From: Chloroflexota bacterium
GTDB lineage: Bacteria > Chloroflexota > Dehalococcoidia > Lucifugimonadales > UBA826
NCBI GenBank assembly: GCA_002722155.1
Contig: PBKS01000001.1
Coordinates: forward strand, 91,644 to 155,643
Reading direction: 5' to 3'
Length of the DNA stretch: 64,000 bases
In this document: one piece after another, positions 50,975-60,624 of the stretch
Position numbering within the stretch: position 1 is the first letter of the stretch
Layout: each line of letters opens with the position of its first letter
Notes under the pieces: generated by a model
Told to the model about the DNA's origin: nothing
What the model saw: the letters and a program-made list of their open reading frames with translations, nothing else
The model's database searches: none
Position numbers and translations under genes: made by a program

Positions 50975-51853
50975 TTATTCAAATATTGAGGAAATGATTT
51001 CTGTAATACTTTGCTGCAAAGATTCATCATCTGTAATCGCCCAATTAACTGATACCTGACATGCTCTTCGAGGTGTAATGCCTTCTGAGATCAGCTTACC
51101 TGCATATATTAAAAGTCTGGTACTAGCCCCCTCACCTAATCCATGCTCTTTTAAGTTCCTTACTTTTTCACCTAGTTTTGCCAGTTGATAAGCTACATCC
51201 TCATCGACCCCAGCCTCATGCGCAACTATTTGTGTCTCCAATTCGATTGGTGGGTAGTCAAACTCTATAGAGACAAATCTTTGCCTAGTACTATGTTTCA
51301 AATCTTTCAAAGCACTTTGATACCCTGGGTTGTAGGAAAGAACCAGTAAAAATCCCTCAGCAGCTTCCAGGAGCTCTCCCCGCTTTTCAATCGGCAGTAT
51401 CCTACGATGATCAGTCAAAGGATGTATTAAAACCGTAGTGTCCTTTCTAGCCTCCACAACTTCATCCAAATAACATATCCCTCCGGCTTTCACTGCTCTT
51501 GTCAAGGGACCATCAAGCCACACAGTCTGATCTCCCTCAAGCAGGTACCTTCCAACTAGGTCGCTTCCGGTGAGATCTTCGTGACAGGCGATCGTGACCA
51601 ATGGCAAGTTGACGCCTGAATCGTCTGAATCGCTCTTTTTAACTTTAGTTAATTCAATTCCCAACTTATAAGACATGTATTCAACAAACCTGGTCTTACC
51701 ACACCCGGTAGGTCCTTTAAATATCAAAGGCAGCCTACTTTTATACGCAGCTTCGAATAATTCCACCTCATCAGCAATCGGCACGTAGTATGGCTCTTCC
51801 TGCAATTGGTATTCTTCAATAATGAAACTTTTATAGAGAGATTGAGTTGTCAT
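50975..51853 (-). CDS. CbbQ/NirQ/NorQ family AAA+ ATPase
   Basis: [58 protein letters not shown]. Confidence 0.95.
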   Translation of the reverse strand: MTTQSLYKSFIIEEYQLQEEPYYVPIADEVELFEAAYKSRLPLIFKGPTGCGKTRFVEYMSYKLGIELTKVKKSDSDDSGVNLPLVTIACHEDLTGSDLVGRYLLEGDQTVWLDGPLTRAVKAGGICYLDEVVEARKDTTVLIHPLTDHRRILPIEKRGELLEAAEGFLLVLSYNPGYQSALKDLKHSTRQRFVSIEFDYPPIELETQIVAHEAGVDEDVAYQLAKLGEKVRNLKEHGLGEGASTRLLIYAGKLISEGITPRRACQVSVNWAITDDESLQQSITEIISSIFE

Positions 51854-51870
51854 ATTCAGCTATCCTACTC

Positions 51871-52470
51871 CTAATTATTAACTACTCTGGTATTCCAAAT
51901 TTTTTCTACATTATCTGTTAATTCATCTATAGTCTTATCGTTGGATATTACAACATCAGAATGATCAATCCTTTCTTCTGTCGACATCTGAGAATCTATC
52001 CTAATGATTGCATCCTCTCGACTTAAAGAATTACGATCCTTTAACCTTTCAATCACGGTTTCCTTGTCTGATGTAACAACCCATACTTCATCAAATAAAT
52101 CCACCCAATTCGCTTCAATAAGAACTGCTGCTTCCACCACTACTACATCAGTGCCATTGGATGAATATTCTTCCAACTGAGCTTGAATCATATTTCGAAT
52201 CAATGGGTGCATAATAGCATTCAGTTTCGCCATGTTTTGAGAACTAGAAAAAACTATTGGGCCAAGTTTTTTTCTGTCGACGGTACCATCATCTCCCACG
52301 ATTTGATCTCCGAATGAATCAACCACCATATCAAACCCAACAGTACCAGGTAAATAAGCCTCATGGCCAAGCAAATCGGCATTCACAACCGTCGCCCCAA
52401 GATCATTTAATATATTAGAGACCAAGGACTTGCCAGTCCCTATGCCTCCCGTAAGACCAATACTGAGCAT
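51871..52470 (-). CDS. coaE: Dephospho-CoA kinase
   Basis: IGLTGGIGTGKS, DRKKLG, HPLIR, RIDSQM. Confidence 0.95.
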   Translation of the reverse strand: MLSIGLTGGIGTGKSLVSNILNDLGATVVNADLLGHEAYLPGTVGFDMVVDSFGDQIVGDDGTVDRKKLGPIVFSSSQNMAKLNAIMHPLIRNMIQAQLEEYSSNGTDVVVVEAAVLIEANWVDLFDEVWVVTSDKETVIERLKDRNSLSREDAIIRIDSQMSTEERIDHSDVVISNDKTIDELTDNVEKIWNTRVVNN

Positions 52471-52501
52471 ATTACCTCGTCTAGGAAAAAGTCATTCAGT
52501 C

Positions 52502-52531
52502 ATTCTACAGGAGGTTAATTTTGAGGGTCAA
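52502..52531 (-). promoter_or_regulatory. Putative promoter of the coaE-cbbQ-nudix-vWA operon
   Basis: TTGACC-N18-TAGAAT with TG extension, about 30 nt upstream of coaE. Confidence 0.55.
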
Positions 52532-52626
52532 TTAAAAGTCCGCTGCAGGACGATAATTTGAAGCCTAAGGAAAATTTACCTACCATATATAATAAAGGCC
52601 TAAGCAGTCATAAGAGCTTATTAAAT

Positions 52627-53997
52627 ATGCAAGAAAAACTCAGACAAATACCAAGCGTCAGTTCGATGCTTATGAACACGAGAATCTCAAATTTGGTAGA
52701 CGAATTCTCATCCGAAGTGATAACTAAAATTGTGCAAAATACTCTCAGTGAAATAAGATCGACGACGAATTGCACATCTGAAATCCCAACCATATCGGAA
52801 ATAGCCGATCAAATATCGGATCACGTCCATACAAACTGGTCCAATTGGCCCCGAAACGTTATAAATGCCACAGGGGTAGTAATTCATACTAATCTAGGAC
52901 GTGCCCCCTTAAGCCTAGAAAGTATGAAAGCAGCGACGGATTCCTCTAAATCTTATAGCGATTTGGAATTAGAACTAATTTCAGGGAAGCGAGGATCTCG
53001 GCAGGTCCGGGTTTCCAAATTATTATCTGCTTTGACAGGGGCAGAAGCAGGCCTAGTAGTGAATAATAATGCTGCAGCTTTAATGCTTGGTCTTTCAGCC
53101 TTGGCATTAGAAAAGGAAGTAATCGTTTCAAGATCAGAAGCGGTGGAAATAGGCGGCGGATTCCGAATCCCAGATGTCCTAAAACAAAGTGGCGCAACTC
53201 TGGTAGAGGTAGGAACAACAAACAGAACATACGTGGAGGATTACGAAAGGGAAATAACTGAGGAAACCGGAGCAATTCTCTCAATCCACGCTAGTAACTT
53301 TAAAATAATTGGCTTCACTTCTACGACATCGATATCAGATCTTTCAAATCTAGGGGCAAGACGGGGTATTCCTGTGCTGCACGATGTCGGAAGTGGATCT
53401 TTGCTTGACACAACTAAGTATGGACTGGCAGCAGAGCCTCAGCCTCAGGCAAGTATAGCTGCCGGTGCAGATTTATGCTTTTTCTCAGGAGATAAATTAT
53501 TGGGCGGGCCACAGGCTGGAATAGTTATCGGGCGAAAAAAATATATTGAGAAACTTTCAAGACATCCATTAGCCAGAGCCTTCAGAATAGACAAAATGAA
53601 TTTGGCGGCGTTGACCGCAACCCTAATTCACTATCTCAAAGAAGAGACGGAGGCCAAAATTCCGGTCTGGCAAATGATATCTGCGACATCAGATGATATT
53701 CGGAAACGGGCAAGCAACATACTCAACAAGATATCCAGTAATGATCTTTATTCAATAGAAGTAATTCAGACGGAATCCACAATTGGTGGTGGCAGTTTAC
53801 CCGGCGAAACTATGGAATCGGTCGGAATTAAAATAGCTGGAAATAATCCTGAAAAATTAGCAGCGAATATCAGAAACGGAAACAGGCCCATAGTTTCCAG
53901 GATAGAAGACGATGCAGTTATATTTGATCTACGTACTGTATTACCGAATGATGATGACATACTAGCGACAGTCATTTCGGAAAACACGAAAGAATAA
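52627..53997 (+). CDS. selA: L-seryl-tRNA(Sec) selenium transferase
   Basis: LRQIPSV, INATGVVIHTNLGRAPL, VNNNAAA, EIGGGFRIPD, SGDKLLGGPQAG, IGGGSLP, DLRTV. Confidence 0.93.
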   Translation: MQEKLRQIPSVSSMLMNTRISNLVDEFSSEVITKIVQNTLSEIRSTTNCTSEIPTISEIADQISDHVHTNWSNWPRNVINATGVVIHTNLGRAPLSLESMKAATDSSKSYSDLELELISGKRGSRQVRVSKLLSALTGAEAGLVVNNNAAALMLGLSALALEKEVIVSRSEAVEIGGGFRIPDVLKQSGATLVEVGTTNRTYVEDYEREITEETGAILSIHASNFKIIGFTSTTSISDLSNLGARRGIPVLHDVGSGSLLDTTKYGLAAEPQPQASIAAGADLCFFSGDKLLGGPQAGIVIGRKKYIEKLSRHPLARAFRIDKMNLAALTATLIHYLKEETEAKIPVWQMISATSDDIRKRASNILNKISSNDLYSIEVIQTESTIGGGSLPGETMESVGIKIAGNNPEKLAANIRNGNRPIVSRIEDDAVIFDLRTVLPNDDDILATVISENTKE

Positions 53998-54306
53998 ATG
54001 CCCTACCAAAACCCTCACGACTCTACTCTTTTCAAAAAAATGTCTATTCCAAATGAGATACACCTTCGTAGAGATAAAGTGGTACCTGCCATTCAAAGAT
54101 TAAAAACCTACATCTCCGACGCCAAGAATGCAGGTATGAAAGAGATCAGAATTATCCATGGGCGAGCAGGAAGTGGTGACATGAGAAGAGCAGTTCATGA
54201 TCTTCTCTCTACCCATACCCACATAGAAAAGTTCTACTCTGCCCCACCCGCAGAAGGAGGCCCAGGGGCAACAATAGCCGTCCTCACTATATCTCCTCAC
54301 GCATAA
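53998..54306 (+). CDS. Stand-alone Smr (MutS2 C-terminal-like) domain protein
   Basis: EIHLR, IRIIHG, GGPGAT; ATG directly follows the selA stop. Confidence 0.85.
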   Translation: MPYQNPHDSTLFKKMSIPNEIHLRRDKVVPAIQRLKTYISDAKNAGMKEIRIIHGRAGSGDMRRAVHDLLSTHTHIEKFYSAPPAEGGPGATIAVLTISPHA

Positions 54307-54606
54307 TCAGTTTTTGCATTTGTGACTGCCCCCCCCACGTGGCTACCCAAAAGGGGACTAAATATGTCAAAGGAACCTTCAAATTGATCCTTTATAAAAA
54401 TTTCCATCCAATATGAAATGCCTTTGGTTCAATAAGATCAAAACTGTCCCTACAACAGTCGATGCAAAAAAAGATCGTTTTCACATTGGAGAATACCTCA
54501 AAAGACACCACAAGTGACGGTCGTCGGATTGTCTTTTGTTATTCACCATGTCAGAGGACTCTTTTACGATCTTTTGACATCTTCCACAAATAATATGCTT
54601 ACCCAT
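54300..54606 (-). pseudogene. Disrupted NrtS-like small membrane protein with an N-terminal CxxC...HxxC motif
   Basis: GGAG RBS and ATG 54606: MGKHIICGRCQK...HLWCLLRYSPM* (TGA 54483) KRSFFASTVVGTVLILLNQ..., frameshift near 54381 into KVPLTYLVPFWVATWG, then a G8 tract. Confidence 0.7.
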
Positions 54607-54694
54607 ATGAGTCTCCAATCATTAAACCACATATTCTTGTACACTATTGCACTACCCTCATAAACCATTTTTACACATCCATCAAGGCTAAAAA

Positions 54695-56023
54695 ATGAAC
54701 ATGTTTGATTTTGAGGCAAGCAAACATCTTTCCCTAGGTGCTCCTTTGGCAGCTAGGATGCGCCCTACCAGTTTGGATGGAATAGTGGGTCAAACCCATT
54801 TAACCGGCAAAGACAGTCCACTCCGAAAGAGTATTGACGCGGGGAGAATCCCGTCGTTTATTTTGTGGGGACCTCCAGGAACCGGCAAAACTACAATTGC
54901 AAATCTTATAACTTCAACATCAAACTTCCACCTAGAAACAATCAGTGCAGTGACATCCGGAGTCTCTGAATTAAGAACAATCATTTCTGAGTCAAAATCA
55001 CGTCTGGGTATGTCAGGACAAAGAACCGCTCTTTTTATTGACGAAATTCATAGATTTAATAAAGCTCAACAAGATGCAATATTGCCTTATGTTGAGAATG
55101 GGACGGTCACTTTTATAGGAGCGACAACCGAAAATCCTTCATTTGAAATAATTTCTCCCCTTTTATCTCGCTGTCGGGTTTTTACATTGAATGGATTAGA
55201 GATAAAAGATATTGTGCAAATATTGGCCATATCTCTAGACGATTCCGAAAAAGGTTTAGGGAAAAAGAACCTTAAAATAGAAGATGGCATCTTGGAAAAC
55301 ATTGCATCACTGTCTGGCGGCGATGCGCGATGGGCCCTGAACACCTTGGAGTTGGCAGCAGATTCTGCTTATGTGCAAGATAACGATTTATTAATAAATA
55401 AACCGTTGCTGAATGAGGTAGTGGCAACAAAATTATTACCACATGATAAATCCGGAGACAAACACTATGACACAATCTCGGCCTTCATAAAATCTGTACG
55501 ATCTTCTGACCCTGATGCAGCTGTTTATTGGTTAGCGAGACTTCTGTTGGCAGGAGAAGACATTATGTTCATAGCAAGAAGACTTGTTATATTAGCCAGC
55601 GAAGACATAGGACTGGCCGATCCACGAGCATTGTCAATGGCAGTTTCTGCTCAACAAGCTACTCATTTTGTAGGCATGCCTGAAGCTCGTATAATTTTGT
55701 CTGAAGCGACTATCTATTTAGCCTCTGCTCCCAAAAGTAATTCAGCCTATACAGCTATAAATGCAGCCATGTCAGAAATAAAATCTTCCGGTGAAAAAGC
55801 CGTGCCACTTCATCTTCGTAATCCTGTCACCGGACTAATGTCACAAGAAAAATACGGAGAAGGTTATCAATATGCCCACGATTACCAAGGACATTTTGTA
55901 AAAACAAAAAATCTCCCGCAAAATCTTAGCACTGAAAACTTCTATTCCCCTGGAACTTTAGGTTACGAAAAATATATAGCAGAAAGACTAAACAAATGGT
56001 GGCACGAAAACACAACCGAATAG
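54695..56023 (+). CDS. rarA: Replication-associated recombination protein A
   Basis: PLAARMRP, WGPPGTGKTT, IDEIHRFNKAQQD, SAFIKSVR.SD.DA, ASEDIG, PKSNS. Confidence 0.97.
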   Translation: MNMFDFEASKHLSLGAPLAARMRPTSLDGIVGQTHLTGKDSPLRKSIDAGRIPSFILWGPPGTGKTTIANLITSTSNFHLETISAVTSGVSELRTIISESKSRLGMSGQRTALFIDEIHRFNKAQQDAILPYVENGTVTFIGATTENPSFEIISPLLSRCRVFTLNGLEIKDIVQILAISLDDSEKGLGKKNLKIEDGILENIASLSGGDARWALNTLELAADSAYVQDNDLLINKPLLNEVVATKLLPHDKSGDKHYDTISAFIKSVRSSDPDAAVYWLARLLLAGEDIMFIARRLVILASEDIGLADPRALSMAVSAQQATHFVGMPEARIILSEATIYLASAPKSNSAYTAINAAMSEIKSSGEKAVPLHLRNPVTGLMSQEKYGEGYQYAHDYQGHFVKTKNLPQNLSTENFYSPGTLGYEKYIAERLNKWWHENTTE

Positions 56024-57232
56024 TCAGTCAACAATCTTTTTGTCCGTATTTACTCCTATCAATATCATATTTTTTGCTATTCTGATGGTATTTGATATAA
56101 CCACCACTCCGCCAGCCGCAACGGCGACCGGGGCACCTAGTATGGCAGCAATAGCTCCTGCGTGGAATCCTGCGGACCCACTAAATCCCCAGCATAAAGA
56201 CTGGAAACTTAACACTCTTCCACGCATCTCATCTGGAACCGAAATCTGTAACAAGGTTGACAACCCACTTTCATAAATTACTCCAGATCCATATGCCAAA
56301 CCCAACAAAACCATTGATAGAAGCACCATATCTGAAAATGCAAATGCAATTAAGCCAACGCCAAATCCGAACAATCCATAAACAACTAATTTACCCTTAT
56401 TTTCCACATCAGGCATCAAGGTCATAATTACACTTGAAATTGCGGCGCCTAAAGCTCCCATTGCCATGAGGACTCCTAGTCCCCGTGCATCCAATCCAAG
56501 TTCGTCTCTGGCAATTACCGGCAGCATTGATTCAACTGCCCATCCAAATATTTCTGTAACCAGAATTGCGAATATCAAAGATCGAATTATCCTATTATCA
56601 GCAACATATTTAGCACCATAAACTAAATCTTCTAAATGGGAAGACGTGGATACTTCCGGAGACTTTATATCCCTGAGATTCAAGAAAATGAAATTTGATA
56701 GAAATAGAGAAATGAGTATAAAGACAAATCCCAAATAGATTTCTTTATCAATAAGCCAGCCGCCTGCTAATGGCGCTAAAACTCCCATGACCGTCATAGA
56801 AAAGATATTAGCCGCGGTTCCCCTGAGCAGATTCTTGGAACCCACAAAATCTAAAGTCATAGCCAATTTACAGGGAAGTCTTACAGCGTGAAAAGCGCCT
56901 CCGCAGAAGCCATAAACCAACACATGCCATACCTCAAGAACGTCGTAAAAGGCCGCTATTCCCAAAAGGGCAACAACGAGTATTTGAATATATTGAGTGA
57001 TTACCAATAATATCTTTCTGTTGTATCGATCTACGAGAACTCCGGCTAAGGGGCTGAACAATGTCATCCCAACCCCAGAAACCCCAGCGGTAGCACCAAC
57101 CCAGAATGCAGAATCAGTCTCCATTAAAACAACCCAGCCTTGGATCATAGGGCTTACCATCATCGAAGCATCGTCAAACAACAACCCCGCAAAAAAACGG
57201 CGGTAGGAATGGTTTTTGAACAGGGACAGCAT
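56024..57232 (-). CDS. MFS transporter (MFS_3-like)
   Basis: GVLVDRYNRK, VPDEMRGRV, about 12 TM segments. Confidence 0.88.
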   Translation of the reverse strand: MLSLFKNHSYRRFFAGLLFDDASMMVSPMIQGWVVLMETDSAFWVGATAGVSGVGMTLFSPLAGVLVDRYNRKILLVITQYIQILVVALLGIAAFYDVLEVWHVLVYGFCGGAFHAVRLPCKLAMTLDFVGSKNLLRGTAANIFSMTVMGVLAPLAGGWLIDKEIYLGFVFILISLFLSNFIFLNLRDIKSPEVSTSSHLEDLVYGAKYVADNRIIRSLIFAILVTEIFGWAVESMLPVIARDELGLDARGLGVLMAMGALGAAISSVIMTLMPDVENKGKLVVYGLFGFGVGLIAFAFSDMVLLSMVLLGLAYGSGVIYESGLSTLLQISVPDEMRGRVLSFQSLCWGFSGSAGFHAGAIAAILGAPVAVAAGGVVVISNTIRIAKNMILIGVNTDKKIVD

Positions 57233-57305
57233 ATTTAAACCTGCTCAATAACCCTAAGAACTTAAAAATATAAACATGAAGTTAGTCTGTATAAAATCTA
57301 TAGAA

Positions 57306-58337
57306 TTATGATGCAACAGCATTCGCCATAACTTCTAGAACGTAGTCTATATCTTTCGAATCTACTCCATAATGGGTTACAAATCTCCATCTAGCATAAG
57401 GGGAGGCCCCTTTTATTCCTTCCGCCTCCAATTTTTTCATCAACTCATTTTTATTAGGATGGTCCACTTCGAAGAAAACCAAATTGGTATCTACGGTATC
57501 GGGATCAATCAAGATCCCATCTATTTTAGATAGCCCTTCTGCTAATTTCTTTGCGTTGGCGTGATCCTCTGCCAGCCTATCAACCATTTGATCAAGAGCC
57601 ACAATACCCGCTGCTGCTAAAAATCCAGCTTGCCTCATTCCCCCGCCCACCATTTTCCGCCATCTCCTCGCTTCATTGATGAATTCATTGGTACCAGCCA
57701 CAACAGAACCAACTGGGCAACTGAGCCCCTTTGAAAGGCAAAAACTTACGGTGTCTGCTTCTTTCAGCATTTCATCAACCGGAGTTTCTAATTTAACGGC
57801 TGCATTGAATATTCTTGCCCCATCCACATGAAGCGGCAATTCATTTGCGTGGGCCACATCAGCTATTAACTTGGTATCTTGGGGAGTGAGTACTCTACCC
57901 CCACAGTTATTTTGAGTGTTTTCGATGGCAACCACAGCTGTGTGGGGATTGTGATTATTCGTCGAATCTCGTATGGCTTCTTCAACTTCATAAGGATCAA
58001 GCATACCTCTGGTATCATTCCTAACCGTGTGGTAGGAAACTCCCCCTAAAGCTGCTGCTCCGCCTGCCTCTGAACGAAAAATATGGGATTTGTCGCCAAG
58101 AATAATTTCGTCACCTCTTCCACAATGTGATAGGACTGAGATTAGGTTACCCATAGTCCCACTCGCAACAAACACAGCAGCTTCCTTACCTACCTTCGCT
58201 GCCGCAATTTCTTCCAATTTGTTGACTGAGGGATCATCACTAAACACATCATCACCAATTTGGGCTTTGGCTATAGCTTCTCTCATTTCTGGGGATGGGT
58301 GGGTAACGGTATCGCTTCTAAGATCGACTGCAGTCAT
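57306..58337 (-). CDS. ltaE: Low-specificity L-threonine aldolase
   Basis: DLRSDTVT, SGTMGN, HVDGARIFNA, CLSKGL, GGGMRQAG. Confidence 0.95.
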   Translation of the reverse strand: MTAVDLRSDTVTHPSPEMREAIAKAQIGDDVFSDDPSVNKLEEIAAAKVGKEAAVFVASGTMGNLISVLSHCGRGDEIILGDKSHIFRSEAGGAAALGGVSYHTVRNDTRGMLDPYEVEEAIRDSTNNHNPHTAVVAIENTQNNCGGRVLTPQDTKLIADVAHANELPLHVDGARIFNAAVKLETPVDEMLKEADTVSFCLSKGLSCPVGSVVAGTNEFINEARRWRKMVGGGMRQAGFLAAAGIVALDQMVDRLAEDHANAKKLAEGLSKIDGILIDPDTVDTNLVFFEVDHPNKNELMKKLEAEGIKGASPYARWRFVTHYGVDSKDIDYVLEVMANAVAS

Positions 58338-58473
58338 ATTTTCCGCCGAGTTTATTGAATTTGTTTTTTTGATTTCGCACATTGATTCTAGCAACGCCCT
58401 CTAGCAATTACTATACTTAGGGTTATTTTAGACACTGACTACAAATCCCCAATTGATATATCAAGGTGCACCC

Positions 58474-59118
58474 ATGAGTGAAATAACTAAAGACTTAACA
58501 ACCTTGTCAACTGAAAATTCCGAGTTGGAATCCTTGCTTGAAATTCCGACAAAGCCAGTAAAACCTCCATGCGTGATCCTGTGCCATCCACATCCCAAAT
58601 ATGGGGGAAATATGTTTGACACTTTGATTAATCACATCTCAAGCTACTTGCTTGACAGCGGTATTGCAACATTGAGGTTCAACCAGAGAGGAGTCGGAAT
58701 GAGCAGTGGTGAAACAGGAGACGGACCAGAAGAATTGAAGGACACACAATCAGTCGTAAATATGACGACTATCAACCCCAAAATAGACGGTAGTCGACTG
58801 GGAATAATTGGATATTCATTTGGGGCTTGGATGGCATTGGAATCATCGTTAAGATCCAACTCAATTAAATCACTTATTTCTATAGCATGCCCACAAAATA
58901 AATTTGCTCAATACGGCACGGTTCAAATAACTCAACCCAAACTCTTAATATTGGGCGATCGAGACCACGATTTTACTATTGGTCAATTTAGATTTCTGTC
59001 CAATAGGATGTCGGAACCCAAAAGAACAGAAGTTATAACTGGAGCAGACCATTTTTTCAGAAACCATACTGAACTAGTGGCAAAGTTATCAGGTGAATTT
59101 ATTAAGGAAACTTTATAG
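58474..59118 (+). CDS. Alpha/beta hydrolase
   Basis: CHPHPKYGG, GYSFG, GDRD, GADHFF. Confidence 0.9.
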   Translation: MSEITKDLTTLSTENSELESLLEIPTKPVKPPCVILCHPHPKYGGNMFDTLINHISSYLLDSGIATLRFNQRGVGMSSGETGDGPEELKDTQSVVNMTTINPKIDGSRLGIIGYSFGAWMALESSLRSNSIKSLISIACPQNKFAQYGTVQITQPKLLILGDRDHDFTIGQFRFLSNRMSEPKRTEVITGADHFFRNHTELVAKLSGEFIKETL

Positions 59119-59202
59119 GCTAATATATGGTTCTAAAAATTTTAATAACAGGTTTCTTCCGACAATAACCTAGATTTCAAATAATTTAATTGGAGAAATA
59201 CT

Positions 59203-60621
59203 TTGGTAGAAAATCAAACATTCAGAAAAGAACGAGACTCTATGGGGGAATTTGAAGTCCCATCTCATGCCTATTATGGCGCCAATACTATGAGAGCAGT
59301 TCTAAATTTCCCCATAAGTGATCTTCGCTTTTCTAGATCTTTTATTGAAGCAATTGCACTAGTAAAACTAGCCGCTGCCCAAACAAATATTGAGCTAGGC
59401 CTACTGGATCCAGATTTAGGAAAAGCAGTCATCCAATCAGCAACAGAAGTATCAGCAGGAAAATTTGACGACCAGTTCGTGGTAGATATATTTCAAACCG
59501 GGTCTGGTACCTCCACAAACATGAACGCTAACGAGGTAATTTCAAATAGGGCCATCGAAATTTTGGGAGGAGACCTGGGTTCACGAGTACCCGTACATCC
59601 CAATGACCATGTGAATACAGGACAATCTTCCAACGATGTAATACCCACAGCAATACATGTAGCTGCTGCAAAGGCGATAACAGATGAGTTAATTCCATCA
59701 TTGAAAAAATTATCTTCCTCCTTAAACACCAAATCCAAGGAGTTTATGCCATTTATCAAAACTGGAAGAACTCATCTCCAGGATGCAACCCCTGTTAGAC
59801 TTGGCCAAGAGTTTCTAGGACATGCAGGTCAAATAGAAAGAGGTATTATCCGAGCAGAACAGGCGGTTCAAGAGCTTGCAGAAGTCGCCTTAGGCGGCAC
59901 GGCAGTAGGAACAGGAGTAAACACTCATCCTGAATTTGCCAAGAGAGTCTGTAGAAAATTATCCGAATCTATAGGAATAACAATTAAGGAAACTTCAAAT
60001 CATTTTCAAGCTCAAAGTACTCTGGACAATATAGTGGACGCCAGTGGTTCATTAAAAACGATCGCTGTCAGTTTAATGAAGATCGCCAATGATGTGCGAT
60101 GGATGGGATCTGGTCCCAGAGGTGGGTTTGGCGAAATTGAGTTACCGGAAGTCCAACCTGGTAGTTCAATAATGCCAGGTAAAGTTAATCCTGTGATACC
60201 AGAATCAGTATGCCAAGTGGCTGCACAAGTAATAGGAAATGATGTCACTGTTGCTGTTGCCGGGCAATCTGGCAATTTTGAAATCAACGTCATGATGCCA
60301 GTAGCGGCCTACAATCTTCTTCAATCGATAGACTTATTAGCTACAGCCTCATCAAACCTAGCTGATCAATGCATTGATGGACTTAAACCAACATCGAGAG
60401 GCCCAGAAATGGTAGAAAAAGGCCTAGCAATTGTAACAACTTTGGTTCCACATATTGGCTACGATAAATCAGCTGCACTAGCACATAAGGCCCAAGAAAC
60501 TGGTCAAACAATTATGGAAGTAGCCCTAGAAGAAACCAATTTATCTGAACAAGAATTAACGAAAATACTCGATCCGGAATCGATGACTGAACCGGGGGTT
60601 TCTGGAGTATCTATAGGCTAA
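59203..60621 (+). CDS. fumC: Class II fumarate hydratase
   Basis: FQTGSGTSTNMNANE, GRTHLQDATP, GSSIMPGKVNP. Confidence 0.95.
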   Translation: MVENQTFRKERDSMGEFEVPSHAYYGANTMRAVLNFPISDLRFSRSFIEAIALVKLAAAQTNIELGLLDPDLGKAVIQSATEVSAGKFDDQFVVDIFQTGSGTSTNMNANEVISNRAIEILGGDLGSRVPVHPNDHVNTGQSSNDVIPTAIHVAAAKAITDELIPSLKKLSSSLNTKSKEFMPFIKTGRTHLQDATPVRLGQEFLGHAGQIERGIIRAEQAVQELAEVALGGTAVGTGVNTHPEFAKRVCRKLSESIGITIKETSNHFQAQSTLDNIVDASGSLKTIAVSLMKIANDVRWMGSGPRGGFGEIELPEVQPGSSIMPGKVNPVIPESVCQVAAQVIGNDVTVAVAGQSGNFEINVMMPVAAYNLLQSIDLLATASSNLADQCIDGLKPTSRGPEMVEKGLAIVTTLVPHIGYDKSAALAHKAQETGQTIMEVALEETNLSEQELTKILDPESMTEPGVSGVSIG

Positions 60622-60624
60622 ATC

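Noticed and set aside
54481..54483. In-frame TGA near selA as a possible selenocysteine codon
   Set aside because: The gene has further frameshifts and the position is not in a redox motif.
54311..54620. Long imperfect inverted repeats upstream of rarA suggesting a 6S RNA or riboswitch
   Set aside because: The region translates on the minus strand as a disrupted NrtS-like gene with an RBS, and I recognised no 6S or riboswitch consensus. A covariance-model search would settle it.
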